A model generated the notes under the pieces. The model was not told the DNA's origin. It saw only the letters and a list, made by a program, of their open reading frames with translations, and did no database searches. A stretch of DNA of 28,238 nucleotides from Eledone cirrhosa (lineage: Eukaryota), in assembly GCA_964016885.1 (NCBI GenBank), contig CAXHJY010001258.1, forward strand, positions 1 through 28,238, read 5' to 3'. Shown in pieces: positions 11,790 to 25,420 of the stretch (its first letter is position 1; each line of letters starts with the position of its first letter). A program made the position numbers and the translations under genes.

Positions 11790-13247
11790 CAACGAATATA
11801 GTGAAGAGTTTAGCGTAAAAGTTGGCATCCATCAGGGCTCTGTTCTCAGCCCCCTACTAGTTATTATTGCCCTTCAGGCTATAACAGAGGAGTTCAAGAC
11901 AGGCTGCCCATGGGAACTCCTATACGCAGACGACCTGACACTCATAGCGGAATCAATGGCCGAGCTAGAGAAGAAATTCCAAACATGGAAGCACGGCCTA
12001 GAGTCAAAAGGACTTAAAATTAACCTGGCTAAGACTAAAGTTCTAGTTTGTAGGAAAGAAAACAAGGCGGCGGTCCCTTCTGGGAAATGGTCGTGCTCGG
12101 TGTGTAGGAAAGGCGTAGGTAGAAAATCCATTTTATGTCCTAAATGCAAAGTATGGGTGCATAAAAGATGTAGTGGGATCACAGGTAAGCTAACTAAGAA
12201 CATAGATTTTACATGTGGCCGGTGTTCTGGTGCAATAAGTAGCAGCAAGTGCCCACAAAATACTAGCTCTTTCAATTGCGCAGAGGGTTCTATAGAAATA
12301 GTGGACAGCTTCCGTTACCTGGGCGATAAAATCAGCAGTGGGGGAGGGTGCTCTGAAAGTACTGTAGCTAGAGTCAGAACTGGTTGGAAAAAGTTCAGAG
12401 AGCTTATACCACTATTAGCTGCTAAATGGTTCTCCCTAAAAATGAAAGGCAGGTTGTACGATGCCTGCATACGAACAGCAATGTTGCATGGCAGTGAGAC
12501 CTGGGCATTGTGTGCAGAGGATATACGCAGACTAGAGAGGAACGAAGCTTGCATGCTCCGCTGGATGTGTAACAGTAATATACGTGAACGGCAAAGCATA
12601 AACGAACTAAGGAAAAAATTAGAGATAAGAGGGATCAGATGTTGTTTACTCGAGAGAAGGCTACGTTGGTATGGACACGTGATGCGCATGAAAGTCGATA
12701 GCTGTATAACAAAGTGCAGGGCAATAAAGATAGACGGTAGCCACGGAATAGGCAGACCTAGAAAAACCTGGGACGAGCTGATAAACTCCGACCTCACACA
12801 CTTACACCTCTCGAAGACGAATGTCACTGGACCGAGACCTTTGGCGGTACTCAGTTACAGAAAAGACCCGCCTTGCCAGTAGGCATCTCTAACAAAATAC
12901 ACCCCGTCCCGCCACCACCCACACCCATCCACACCACCCCGTCCTATGTAAAGTTATGTTGGTGCCGCGCCATCCAGGCCGAAACAAATGAGATCGTGTA
13001 GGTGTCACGACAAAAAAACACACAGTCCACGCTGTAATGTGGCCGTGTAGGCAATACGGTAAAAACCTCCCAGACCCACACTGTAAATGTGGTTGGTGTT
13101 AGGAAGGGCATCCAACTGTAGAAAACCTGCCAGACAGTCCTATGCGAGCAAGACAATCACTCTTGCCTCAAGTGGGACTACCCCCGTCCAAACCCATGCA
13201 AGCGTGGAACACGGACGTTAAACGTTGATGATGATGATGATGATGAT
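11785..13247 (+). mobile_element. RTE-clade LINE, family A copy 3, 5'-truncated
   Basis: [25 protein letters not shown]; +1 frameshift near 12819; (GAT)n tail at 13227-13247. Confidence 0.93.
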
Positions 13248-13270
13248 ATTTATATATATTTATATATATT

Positions 13271-13303
<33 letters not shown>

Positions 13304-13342
13304 TTATATGTATATATATATTTATATGTATATATATATATT

Positions 13343-13447
<105 letters not shown>

Positions 13448-13533
13448 ATATATATATTTATAAAGAAAAAGGGATGAAATCGAAAATGCAACTGAAGTCT
13501 TATTTTTTTAAAAATATATATATTTATTTGGTT

Positions 13534-13571
13534 CCTTTACCGGTTTCGCAGTTCTTCTGCTTTTCAAAAGG
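13534..13571 (-). ncRNA. Minimal type I hammerhead with U3-A8 core (family W)
   Basis: Minus strand reads cctt TTGAAAA gcag-aagaa-ctgc GAAA ccgg TA aagg. Confidence 0.8.
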
Positions 13572-14079
13572 TGAGTTGAGATGGAGGGTCTGTGGTTTTT
13601 CTCACATCTGGTTGGTCTCTAAATGTTACTTGTTTTATATGGAAAAACTGGCTCGAAAACCAGGTTTTTCGAGAAGTAATTTGATTGGTTTGTCAATAAT
13701 TATAATAAATTTCGCGCCAGTTCGCGTTACAATAGTTCTTCAAATAAGAGAGGGGGGGGGGGTTGTCACAGGTTGTTTTTTCATATATGAGTGTTTGAAT
13801 TTCTTTTTACTTGAAAAAATGAGGCTCAGGAAGGCTTTTTTTTGGTTGGTTATAAATGAAATTTGGCCGTCACTTGAACAAGTTTTCATTACATTTTTGC
13901 ACCCTTATTTGGAAAACTATTCTGTACTCTATAGTGAATGTTATGACAATGGAGAGATAGTGGTCAAGGGAAAAGGGATTGGGAGAAATGTTCTGGTTCA
14001 GTGAATATGGCCAGCTGTCAGAGTTCAGGTGTCAGAGTTCAGATTTTCTATTGAGACTGAAGATGTTTATTTGTGTGCT

Positions 14080-14099
<20 letters not shown>

Positions 14100-14114
<15 letters not shown>

Positions 14115-14333
14115 ATGTGTGTATTGGAAGATGATTCTATTAGTAGAGATGGGGGAGGGAGTTGTGTGTGTGTGTATATGGGTGTTATGTGTGTGTGTGC
14201 GAGTATGTTAGATGGAGAGAATATATATTTTGTGTGTGTGTATATATATATGTGTGTAGGAAAGTGGTTCTATTAGTAGAAATGGGGAGGGTGTTGTAGG
14301 TGTGGGAGTATGGTTAGCATGTTAAGATGAAGA

Positions 14334-14371
<38 letters not shown>

Positions 14372-14598
14372 AGTGTAATTTTCTACACAAAACGAAGGTT
14401 ATAGAGAAAATTGAGGTTGGTAATGGCACATGGAATATATAAGAGACAGAATACTTTTTTGTGAAAAAACATAATTTTATAAGGTAAGGAAATAATAAAG
14501 GGTATAAAAAATGACCGGTTTCGATGGGTCTGCAATATATATATATATATATATTGTGTGTGTATGTGTGTGTGTAGGAAAATGATTCCTTTAGTAGG
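14100..14598. repeat. Degenerate ~130-bp tandem unit (2 full, 1 partial) in the family W UTR, interrupted by an insertion
   Basis: 'ggaa..tg.ttc..ttagtag' recurs near 14126, 14259 and 14577, each time preceded by (GT)n. Confidence 0.7.
14366..14535 (-). mobile_element. Solo family Z pseudo-LTR fragment nested in family W
   Basis: Reverse complement of 11414-11550 plus ~35 extra nt (aaccttcgttttgtgtagaaaattacacttttca). Truncated inside hammerhead stem II, with TA tracts on both sides. Confidence 0.85.
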
Positions 14599-14759
14599 AA
14601 TATTTTTGAATGAACATATTTTCCTGACTTTTTCATGTTTGCCGTTGTATTGCCAGTGCAAACGTATGTTTAAGGTTTATTTAGTTCGGGTTTTTATTTT
14701 CTAAAGTAGGTGTTATATGTGTGTGTGTATGTCATATTGTGGTGTTGACATAATGTATA

Positions 14760-14926
14760 TTAAACCTTATTTAATGTTGGTCTATATTTTTGAATAAACA
14801 TATTTTCCTTATTTATTCGCATTTGTTCTGTTGTCGCAAAGGTAAAATGGGAAGACTTGGAATTTGGGTGTCTTATTACTTGCGCAAATGTCTAGATGTG
14901 CACTTAGTGGTATTTGTCTCGTGGTT
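14760..14926 (-). pseudogene. C-terminal remnant of a PLE GIY-YIG endonuclease (absent from the ORF track)
   Basis: Hand translation gives [31 protein letters not shown], a frameshift, then [23 protein letters not shown]. This aligns with STRKIPLSSHIANCAGMTLPNFKIFPFYKCS..TQQQRINKENLFLNKFKPKLN of the family Z ORF. Confidence 0.88.
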
Positions 14927-14933
14927 ATATATT

Positions 14934-14982
<49 letters not shown>

Positions 14983-15019
14983 TTATATATATATATTTAT
15001 ATATTTATATATATATATT

Positions 15020-15090
<71 letters not shown>

Positions 15091-15117
15091 ATTTATATAT
15101 ATATATATTTATATATT

Positions 15118-15210
<93 letters not shown>

Positions 15211-15215
15211 ATATC

Positions 15216-15265
<50 letters not shown>

Positions 15266-15286
15266 TATATATATATATATATATTA

Positions 15287-15351
<65 letters not shown>

Positions 15352-15952
15352 ATATATATATATATCTATATATATATATATCTATATATATATCTATATA
15401 TATATATATCTATATATATATCTATATATATATATATCTATATATATATCTATATATATATATATCTATATATATATATATATCTATATATATATCTATA
15501 TATATATATATCTATATATATCTATATATATATATCTATATATATATATCTATATATATATATATCTATATATATATATCTATATATATATATAATATAT
15601 ATATATATATATAATATATATATATATATAAATATATATATATATAGATATATATATATATAAATATATATATATATAGATATATATATATATAGATATA
15701 TATATATATAGATATATATATATATATAGATATATATATATATAGATATATATATATATAGATATATATATATATAGATATATATAATATATATAGATAT
15801 ATATATATATATATAGATATATATATATATATAGATATATATATATATATAGATATATATATATATATAGATATATATATATATATAGATATATATATAT
15901 ATATAGATATATATATATATATAGATATATATAGATATAGATATATATATAT

Positions 15953-15991
<39 letters not shown>

Positions 15992-16192
15992 TATATATAA
16001 ATATATATAGATATATATAGATATATATAGATATATATAGATATATATAGATATATATAGATATATATAGATATATATAGATATATATATATAGATATAT
16101 ATATATATATAGATATATATATATAGATATATATATATATATATATAAAAATATATATATATATATATATATAGATATATATATATATATAA

Positions 16193-16223
<31 letters not shown>

Positions 16224-16267
16224 GATATATATATATATAAAATATATATAGATATATATATATATAT

Positions 16268-16301
<34 letters not shown>

Positions 16302-16319
16302 TATATATATATATATAAA

Positions 16320-16351
<32 letters not shown>

Positions 16352-16487
16352 AATATATAGATATATGTATATATATAAAATATATATATAGATATATGTA
16401 TATATATAAAATATATATAGATATATATATATATAGATATAGATATATATATATATATATATATATAAATATATATAGATATATATA
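14927..16487. repeat. (TA)n array with strand-polarity switch near 15600
   Basis: TTTA/TCTA interruptions on the left and TAAA/TAGA interruptions on the right. Confidence 0.95.
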
Positions 16488-16781
16488 CAATATTAAATAA
16501 ATGGAAAACTATATTTATAAAACCATATCTATTTCATTATATATATTTCGGGGATATCATATTAACAATATGCTATGCCTTCATCAGACAAAATACAATA
16601 TAAACAGTTTTATAGATAAATATATTCGAGATACCGTAATAAACATCAACTTCATTTTGAAGAGGTTCACTCTAGCAGTGTTTAATATTGTAAATATACT
16701 CCAAGTATTTGTCGAGTGCTTTTATATCAGTTATAAATATTTACTAGTTGTAACCCAACAATTTTAAATATAACTTTACAT
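16488..16781 (-). mobile_element. Family Y pseudo-LTR copy 2: sense part 16488-16680 on minus, inverted extension 16681-16781
   Basis: 16488-16680 is the reverse complement of about 27009-27202. 16681-16692 'tttaatattgta' overlaps the 3' end of the sense copies. Confidence 0.75.
16530..16595 (-). ncRNA. Type I hammerhead motif (family Y)
   Basis: Reverse complement of 4055-4120. Confidence 0.8.
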
Positions 16782-16963
16782 ATAGATATATATATATATA
16801 TATAAATATATATAGATATAGATATATATATATATATAGATATATATATATATATAGATATATATATATATATAGATATATATATATATAGATATAGATA
16901 TATATATATATAGATATAGATATATATATAGATATATATATATATAGATATATATATAGATAT

Positions 16964-17005
<42 letters not shown>

Positions 17006-17006
<1 letters not shown>

Positions 17007-18928
17007 CCGACAGTGACTATATAATTATTGCAGGCGACCTAAACGGTCACGTTGGACAACATTGTGACGGCTACGACGAAATCCATGGACGCTATGGGTT
17101 TGGTACTAGAAATGAGGAAGGCTCCAGAATCCTGGAATTCTGCGACGCAAATAACCTAACTATCTGCAACACTAACTTCAAAAAACGAGACAATCACTTG
17201 ATCACCTACAGATCAAGGGAACATACCAGCCAGGTAGATTATATCCTTACCAGAAGACGTGACAAAGTGACTGTCGTAAACACTAAATCCCTCCCCCATG
17301 AAGAATGCACCTCCCAACATAGACTGATAATTAGCGACCTAATAGTCAGGACGAGACGTACTAGACAACAGAAGAGGACTATCCTCAGGAGAAAAATATG
17401 GAATCTAAAGGACCCCACAGCAAAGAATAAATTCCAAAGCATTTTACTTGATGCTTTCAACAGTGAGGAAGAGCAATTAGAGTCGTACAAGGTAGAGGAG
17501 CAGTGGGAATTCCTGAAAGCAAACCTGCTGACGGCGGCAGATGAAGTCTGTGGCTGGAGCAGGCCTGTAGGCAGGAGGAGAGTCACATGGTGGTGGAACA
17601 GTAAGGTGGAGGGGTCAATTAAGGCCAAAAAGCAGGCTTGGAAAGTATGGCGGGATGGGGGAAGCAGAGAAGACTATCAAGTGGCCAGGAGGGAAGCTAG
17701 GAGACAAGTGTACTTCGCAAGAAGGGAAGCAGAGGAAAAAAAGTTCAAGCATGTTCTACAACGTGAGGTGTTCAGGATTGCTAGGCAATGTGTCAAGGAA
17801 AACAGTGATATTGTCGGGGAGAAGTGTGTACTTAACGATGACGGCGTACTTGCCATCACTGACGCCGATAAGAAGGTAGCTTGGAAGTGTCACTATGAAA
17901 AGCTACTAAATGAGGAGAACAAATGAGAAGCATTATCGTTAACTGTTATAAGGGTAAAGGAGACGCCCTAGATAGGAGTAACTATAGAGGCATTAAATTA
18001 ATCGACCAGGTCATGAAGGTCACGGAAAAAGTAATGGCGCAACTAATCAGAGAGCGAATTGATCTAGATGAAATGCAGTTCGGGTTTGTGTCAGGAAAAA
18101 GTACCACAGACGCTCTTTTCATTGTACGACAACTACAGGAGAAGTACCTAGCTAAAAGTAAACCCCTATACTTAGCTTTCGTCGACTTGGAGAAGGCCTT
18201 CGACAGAGTCCCCCGTTCCATTATCTGGTGGGCTCTTAGAAAACTAGGTGTTGATGAATGGCTTGTGAGAGCTATACAAGCCATGTATAAATAAACAGTC
18301 AGCAAGGTTAGAATTAACAACGAATATAGTGAAGAGTTTAGTGTAAAAGTTGGTGTTCATCAAGGCTCTGTTCTTAGCCCCCTACTATTTATTATTGCCC
18401 TCCAGGCTATAACAGTGGAGTTCAAGACCGGCTGCCCATGGGAACTCCTATACGCAGATGATCTAACGCTCATAGCTGAATCAATGGCCGAGCTAGAGAA
18501 GAAATTCCAAACATGGAAGCACGGCCTAGAATCAAAAGGCCTTAAAATTAACCTAGCTAAGACTAAAGTTCTAGTTTTTAAGAAAGAAAATAAGGCGGCG
18601 GTCCCCTCCGGGAAGTGGCCATGCGCAGAGTGTAGGAAAGGCGTAGGTAGAAATTCCATTTTGTGTCCCAAATGCAAAGTTTGGGTGCATAAAAGATGTA
18701 GTGGGATCACAGGTAAGCTAACTAAGAACATAGATTTTACATGTGGCCGGTGTTCTGGGGCAATAAGTAGCAGCAAGTGCCCACAAAATACTAGCTCTTT
18801 CAACTGCGCAGAGGGTTCTATAGAAATAGTGGACAGCTTCCGTGACCTGGGTGACAAAATCAGCAGTGGGGGAGGGTGCTCTGAAAGTACAGTAGCTAGA
18901 GTCAGAACTGGGTGGAAAAAGTTCAGAG
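17006..18928 (+). mobile_element. RTE-clade LINE, family A copy 4, truncated at both ends and disrupted
   Basis: APE motifs [32 protein letters not shown]. Lesions: 15-bp deletion near 17765, ~225-bp deletion near 17926 and a TAA at 18292-18294. Ends abruptly at GWKKFR into a GT repeat. Confidence 0.93.
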
Positions 18929-19350
18929 TATGTGTGTGTAGGTGTACGTTTTATATATATATGTGTATATGTATATATGTATGCGTACATTTATATATAT
19001 GTATATATGTATGTGTGTGTAAGTATGCTTTTGTGTTTTTTTGTGTGTGTGTTTGCATGTGTAGTTTTATTTTATTTTTCCTTTCCTTCTCCCTTCTCCA
19101 GCCTCACTTTCATATAGATTGCATTTTTGTTTTTAAAATCCAAATTCAATAAACAAACCAGGATTTTTTCATTGAGGATTGAAAGCAAAACCTTTTGCTT
19201 TTAAGAAACCACTGGTAAATGGAATAATTGCCTTATGTTGTTTATTACATAATAATAATAATTAAGCTCTGTTGCCTACATAGAGCACTCTTTTTTCCTG
19301 GACTTTTCCGATGTAATTACTTCATTCATATATATATATATATATATATG

Positions 19351-19390
<40 letters not shown>

Positions 19391-19393
19391 TAT

Positions 19394-19426
<33 letters not shown>

Positions 19427-19486
19427 TAAGTGTAATTAATTCTTTTACAATGGAATTAGCTCAAAAGGAAATATTCCTGAGCCGTG

Positions 19487-19836
19487 TATAAAAGTAATAT
19501 ATATGAGTAATATATATGATGAAACAGATACCAACACATCTGTATTTATATTGCAAAAGAAAGTTAGCCAGAATGAAGAATATTAATTATTTTACCACAG
19601 TTCGTCCACATCGATTTAAAATAATAAATCGACAAAAACTAGCTGCGCTGCCAAATGGCTATGATGTTTATACATATTTAAATTTCAAAGTCAAACCTGT
19701 TCAGTAGATAGGTTTAAACCTCAAAATCCAAACATGTTTCGAGATGAATATAAGTGTAGGAATATCATGCCTGCAATATAAATACAGATGTGTTGGTATC
19801 TGTTTCATCATATATATTACTCATATATATTACTTT

Positions 19837-19840
<4 letters not shown>
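19487..19840. repeat. 69-bp perfect inverted repeats (19487-19555 and 19772-19840) around a 216-bp spacer; MITE-like or local fold-back
   Basis: The arms are exact reverse complements by hand comparison. Confidence 0.85.
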
Positions 19841-19868
<28 letters not shown>

Positions 19869-19883
19869 ATATATATAAAATAT

Positions 19884-19997
<114 letters not shown>

Positions 19998-20159
19998 TAT
20001 ATATAAAATATATATATATATATATATATAAAATATATATATATATATATATATAAAATATATATATATAATATATATAAAATATATATATATATATATA
20101 TAAAATATATATATATAATATATATATATATAAAATATATATATATATATATATATAAA

Positions 20160-20193
<34 letters not shown>

Positions 20194-20240
20194 TATATAT
20201 ATATATATATAAAATATATATATATAATATATATATATAT

Positions 20241-20393
<153 letters not shown>

Positions 20394-20544
20394 ATATATA
20401 TATAAAATATATATATATATATATATATAAAATATATATATATAATATATATATATATAAAATATATATATATATATATATAAAATATATATATATAATA
20501 TATATATATATAAAATATATATATATAAAATATATATATATATG

Positions 20545-20641
<97 letters not shown>

Positions 20642-20652
20642 ATATATATATG

Positions 20653-20702
<50 letters not shown>

Positions 20703-20721
20703 TATATATATATATATAAAA

Positions 20722-20773
<52 letters not shown>

Positions 20774-20845
20774 ATATATATATATGAAATATATATATAT
20801 ATATATATATGAAATATATATATGAAATATATATATATATATGAA

Positions 20846-20925
<80 letters not shown>

Positions 20926-20981
20926 ATATATATATATAAAATATATATATATATATATATATGAAATATATATATATATAT

Positions 20982-21098
<117 letters not shown>

Positions 21099-21102
21099 AA
21101 AT

Positions 21103-21279
<177 letters not shown>

Positions 21280-21301
21280 ATATATATATATATAATATAT
21301 A

Positions 21302-21384
<83 letters not shown>

Positions 21385-21387
21385 ATA

Positions 21388-21480
<93 letters not shown>

Positions 21481-21517
21481 ATATATATTTCATATATATA
21501 TATATTTCATATATATA

Positions 21518-21634
<117 letters not shown>

Positions 21635-21667
21635 ATATATATATATATATTTCATATATATATATAT

Positions 21668-21698
<31 letters not shown>

Positions 21699-21729
21699 TT
21701 TATATATATATATTTCATATATATATATA

Positions 21730-21778
<49 letters not shown>

Positions 21779-21782
21779 ATAT

Positions 21783-21824
<42 letters not shown>

Positions 21825-21996
21825 ATTTTATATATATATATATATTTTATATATATATATATATATATTTTATATATATATATATATATTTTATATATAT
21901 ATATATATATTTTATATATATATATATATATTTTATATATATATATATATTTTATATATATATATATTTTATATATATATATATTTTATATATATA

Positions 21997-22042
<46 letters not shown>

Positions 22043-22050
22043 TATATATA

Positions 22051-22182
22051 AAGAAAAAGAGATGAAATCGAAAATGCAACTGGAGTCTTATTTTTTAAAA
22101 AAATATATATATTTATTTGGTTCCTTTACCGGTTTCGCAGTTCTTCTGCTTTTCAAAAGGTGAGTTGAGATGGAGGGTCTGT
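22051..22182 (-). mobile_element. Solo family W pseudo-LTR (~130 bp)
   Basis: Nearly identical to 13462-13593, flanked by TA on both sides. Confidence 0.85.
22123..22160 (-). ncRNA. Minimal hammerhead with U3-A8 core (family W)
   Basis: Identical to 13534-13571. Confidence 0.8.
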
Positions 22183-22218
22183 ATATATATATATATATTT
22201 CATATATATATACATATC

Positions 22219-22266
<48 letters not shown>

Positions 22267-22271
22267 CATAT

Positions 22272-22302
<31 letters not shown>

Positions 22303-22446
22303 TTTATATATATATATATATATATATTTCATATATATATATATATATATATTTCATATATATATATATATATATATTTTACATATATATATATATATAT
22401 ATATTTTACATATATATATATATATATATATTTTACATATATATAT

Positions 22447-22545
<99 letters not shown>

Positions 22546-22551
22546 ATATAT

Positions 22552-22582
<31 letters not shown>

Positions 22583-22724
22583 TTTATATATATATATATT
22601 TCATATATATATATATATATATTTTATATATATATATATATATTTCATATATATATATATATATATTTTATATATATATATATATATTTCATATATATAT
22701 ATATATATTTTATATATATATGCA

Positions 22725-22767
<43 letters not shown>

Positions 22768-22793
22768 ATATATATATATATATATTTCATATA

Positions 22794-22875
<82 letters not shown>

Positions 22876-22938
22876 CATATATATTTTATATATATATATA
22901 TATATATTATATACATATATATATATATATATTTCATA

Positions 22939-22976
<38 letters not shown>

Positions 22977-23091
22977 CATATATATATATATATATTTCAT
23001 ATATATTTTATATATATATATATATATATATTTCATATATATTATATACATATATATATATTTCATATATATTTTATATATATATTTCATA

Positions 23092-23125
<34 letters not shown>

Positions 23126-23186
23126 TTTATATATATTATATACATATATTATATATTTCATATATATTTTATATATATATTTCATA

Positions 23187-23218
<32 letters not shown>

Positions 23219-23440
23219 TTTATATATATATATATATATTTCATATATATTTTATATATATATATATATATTTCATATATATTTTATATATATATATATA
23301 TATTTCATATATAATTTATATATATATATATATATATATATAAATATATATATATATAAAATATATATATATATAAAATATATATATATATAAAATATAT
23401 ATATATATATAAAATATATATATATATATATAAAATATAT

Positions 23441-23473
<33 letters not shown>

Positions 23474-23673
23474 AAATATATATATATATATATAAAAATA
23501 TATATATATATATAAAATATATATATATATAATATATATATATATATATAAAATATATATATATATATATATATAAAATATATATATATATATGTATAAA
23601 ATATATATATAGGTATAAATATTTATATATATATGTATAAAATATATATATAGGTATTAAAATATATATATAA

Positions 23674-24020
23674 ATCATCATCATCATCATTTCATTTTTA
23701 CGTCCGCTTTTTCCCTGCTTGCAAGGGTGGGACGGGAACTGATTCTGGCTTGATTTCTACAGCTGGATGCCCTTCCTAACACCAACCTCATTTACAGTGA
23801 GTGCTGGGTGCTTTTTTGCCGTGGCACCTCCACGACCACTTTGCAGTGGAATGATATGGACCCCCAGTCCCTATCATCTCATTTCTACAGCTGAGTAAAC
23901 TGGAGCAATGTGAAATAAAGTGTCTTGCTCAAAGAAACAACACATCACCCAGTCTGAGAATTGAACTCACAACCTTTCGATTGCAAGGCCAATGCTCTAA
24001 CCACTAAGCCATGTGCCTCC
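23674..24020 (-). mobile_element. tRNA-derived CORE-SINE with an RTE family B-like 3' tail
   Basis: A box TGGCTTAGTGG (24001-24011) and B box GAGTTCAATTC (23958-23968). The segment ctttgagcaagacactt..cagtttactcagctgtagaaatg resembles the MIR CORE domain. The tail matches about 8566-8715 and ends in (GAT)n. Confidence 0.9.
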
Positions 24021-24250
24021 ATAAATATATATAAAATATATATATAGGTATAAAATATATATATAAATATATATAAAATATATATAGGTATAAAATATAT
24101 ATATAAATATATATAAAAATATATATATAGGTATAAAATATATATATAATATATATAAAATATATATATAGGTATAAAATATATATATAAATATATATAA
24201 AATATATATATATATATAAAATATATATATATGTATATAATATATATAAA

Positions 24251-24283
<33 letters not shown>

Positions 24284-24502
24284 TATATGAAATATATATA
24301 TAAAATATATATGAAATATATATATATGTATATAATATATATGAAATATATATATATATATATATATAAAATATATATGAAATATATATATATATATATG
24401 TATATAATATATATATATTATATATATATATAAAATATATATGAAATATATATATATATATATGTATATAATATATATATATATATATATAAAATATATA
24501 TG

Positions 24503-24550
<48 letters not shown>

Positions 24551-24630
24551 TATATATATATATATATAAAATATATATATATATATATATAAAATATATA
24601 TATATATATGAAATATATATATATATATAT

Positions 24631-24671
<41 letters not shown>

Positions 24672-24810
24672 TGTATATATATATAAAATATATATATATA
24701 TATATGAAATATATATATATATATATAAAATATATATATATATATATATGAAATATATATATATATATATAAAATATATATATATATATATGAAATATAT
24801 ATATATATAT

Positions 24811-24863
<53 letters not shown>

Positions 24864-24886
24864 TATATAAATATATATATATATAT

Positions 24887-24951
<65 letters not shown>

Positions 24952-25034
24952 ATATATATAAAATATATATATATATATATATATGAAATATATATATATA
25001 TATATATAAAATATATATATATATATATATAAAA

Positions 25035-25067
<33 letters not shown>

Positions 25068-25078
25068 ATATATATAAA

Positions 25079-25109
<31 letters not shown>

Positions 25110-25148
25110 ATATATATATATATATAAAATATATATATATATATATAT

Positions 25149-25200
<52 letters not shown>

Positions 25201-25300
25201 GAAATATATATATATATATGTAAAATATATATATACTTATATATATATGTAAAATATATATATATATATATATATGAAATATATATATATATATATATAT

Positions 25301-25388
<88 letters not shown>

Positions 25389-25420
25389 GATATGTATATA
25401 TATATGAAATATATATATAT

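Larger units (their letters stand above)
13462..14926 (-). mobile_element. Second Neptune-type Penelope-like element (family W): 3' fragment with UTR and hammerhead pseudo-LTR
   Basis: Minus strand 14926-14760 encodes the end of a GIY-YIG protein, followed by a CA-rich UTR and a hammerhead at 13534-13571. Confidence 0.8.

Noticed and set aside
13860-13925. Possible second decayed GIY-YIG motif on the minus strand (IVFQIR-C-K-C-NEN)
   Set aside because: Needs several frameshifts and lies in the UTR; not supportable by eye.
14510-14535. Additional complete hammerhead
   Set aside because: Truncated within stem II; the 5' core is missing.
18929-19325. Host exon in the non-repetitive stretch
   Set aside because: No convincing ORF or recognisable homology; left unassigned.
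19728-19812. Hammerhead-like ATGATGA...GAAACATGTT on the minus strand
   Set aside because: Core position 3 is wrong, and there is no stem I or coherent stem II.
23945-24020. Functional tRNA gene
   Set aside because: A and B boxes are present, but there is no proper acceptor stem and it continues into a CORE domain and LINE tail, so it is a SINE head.
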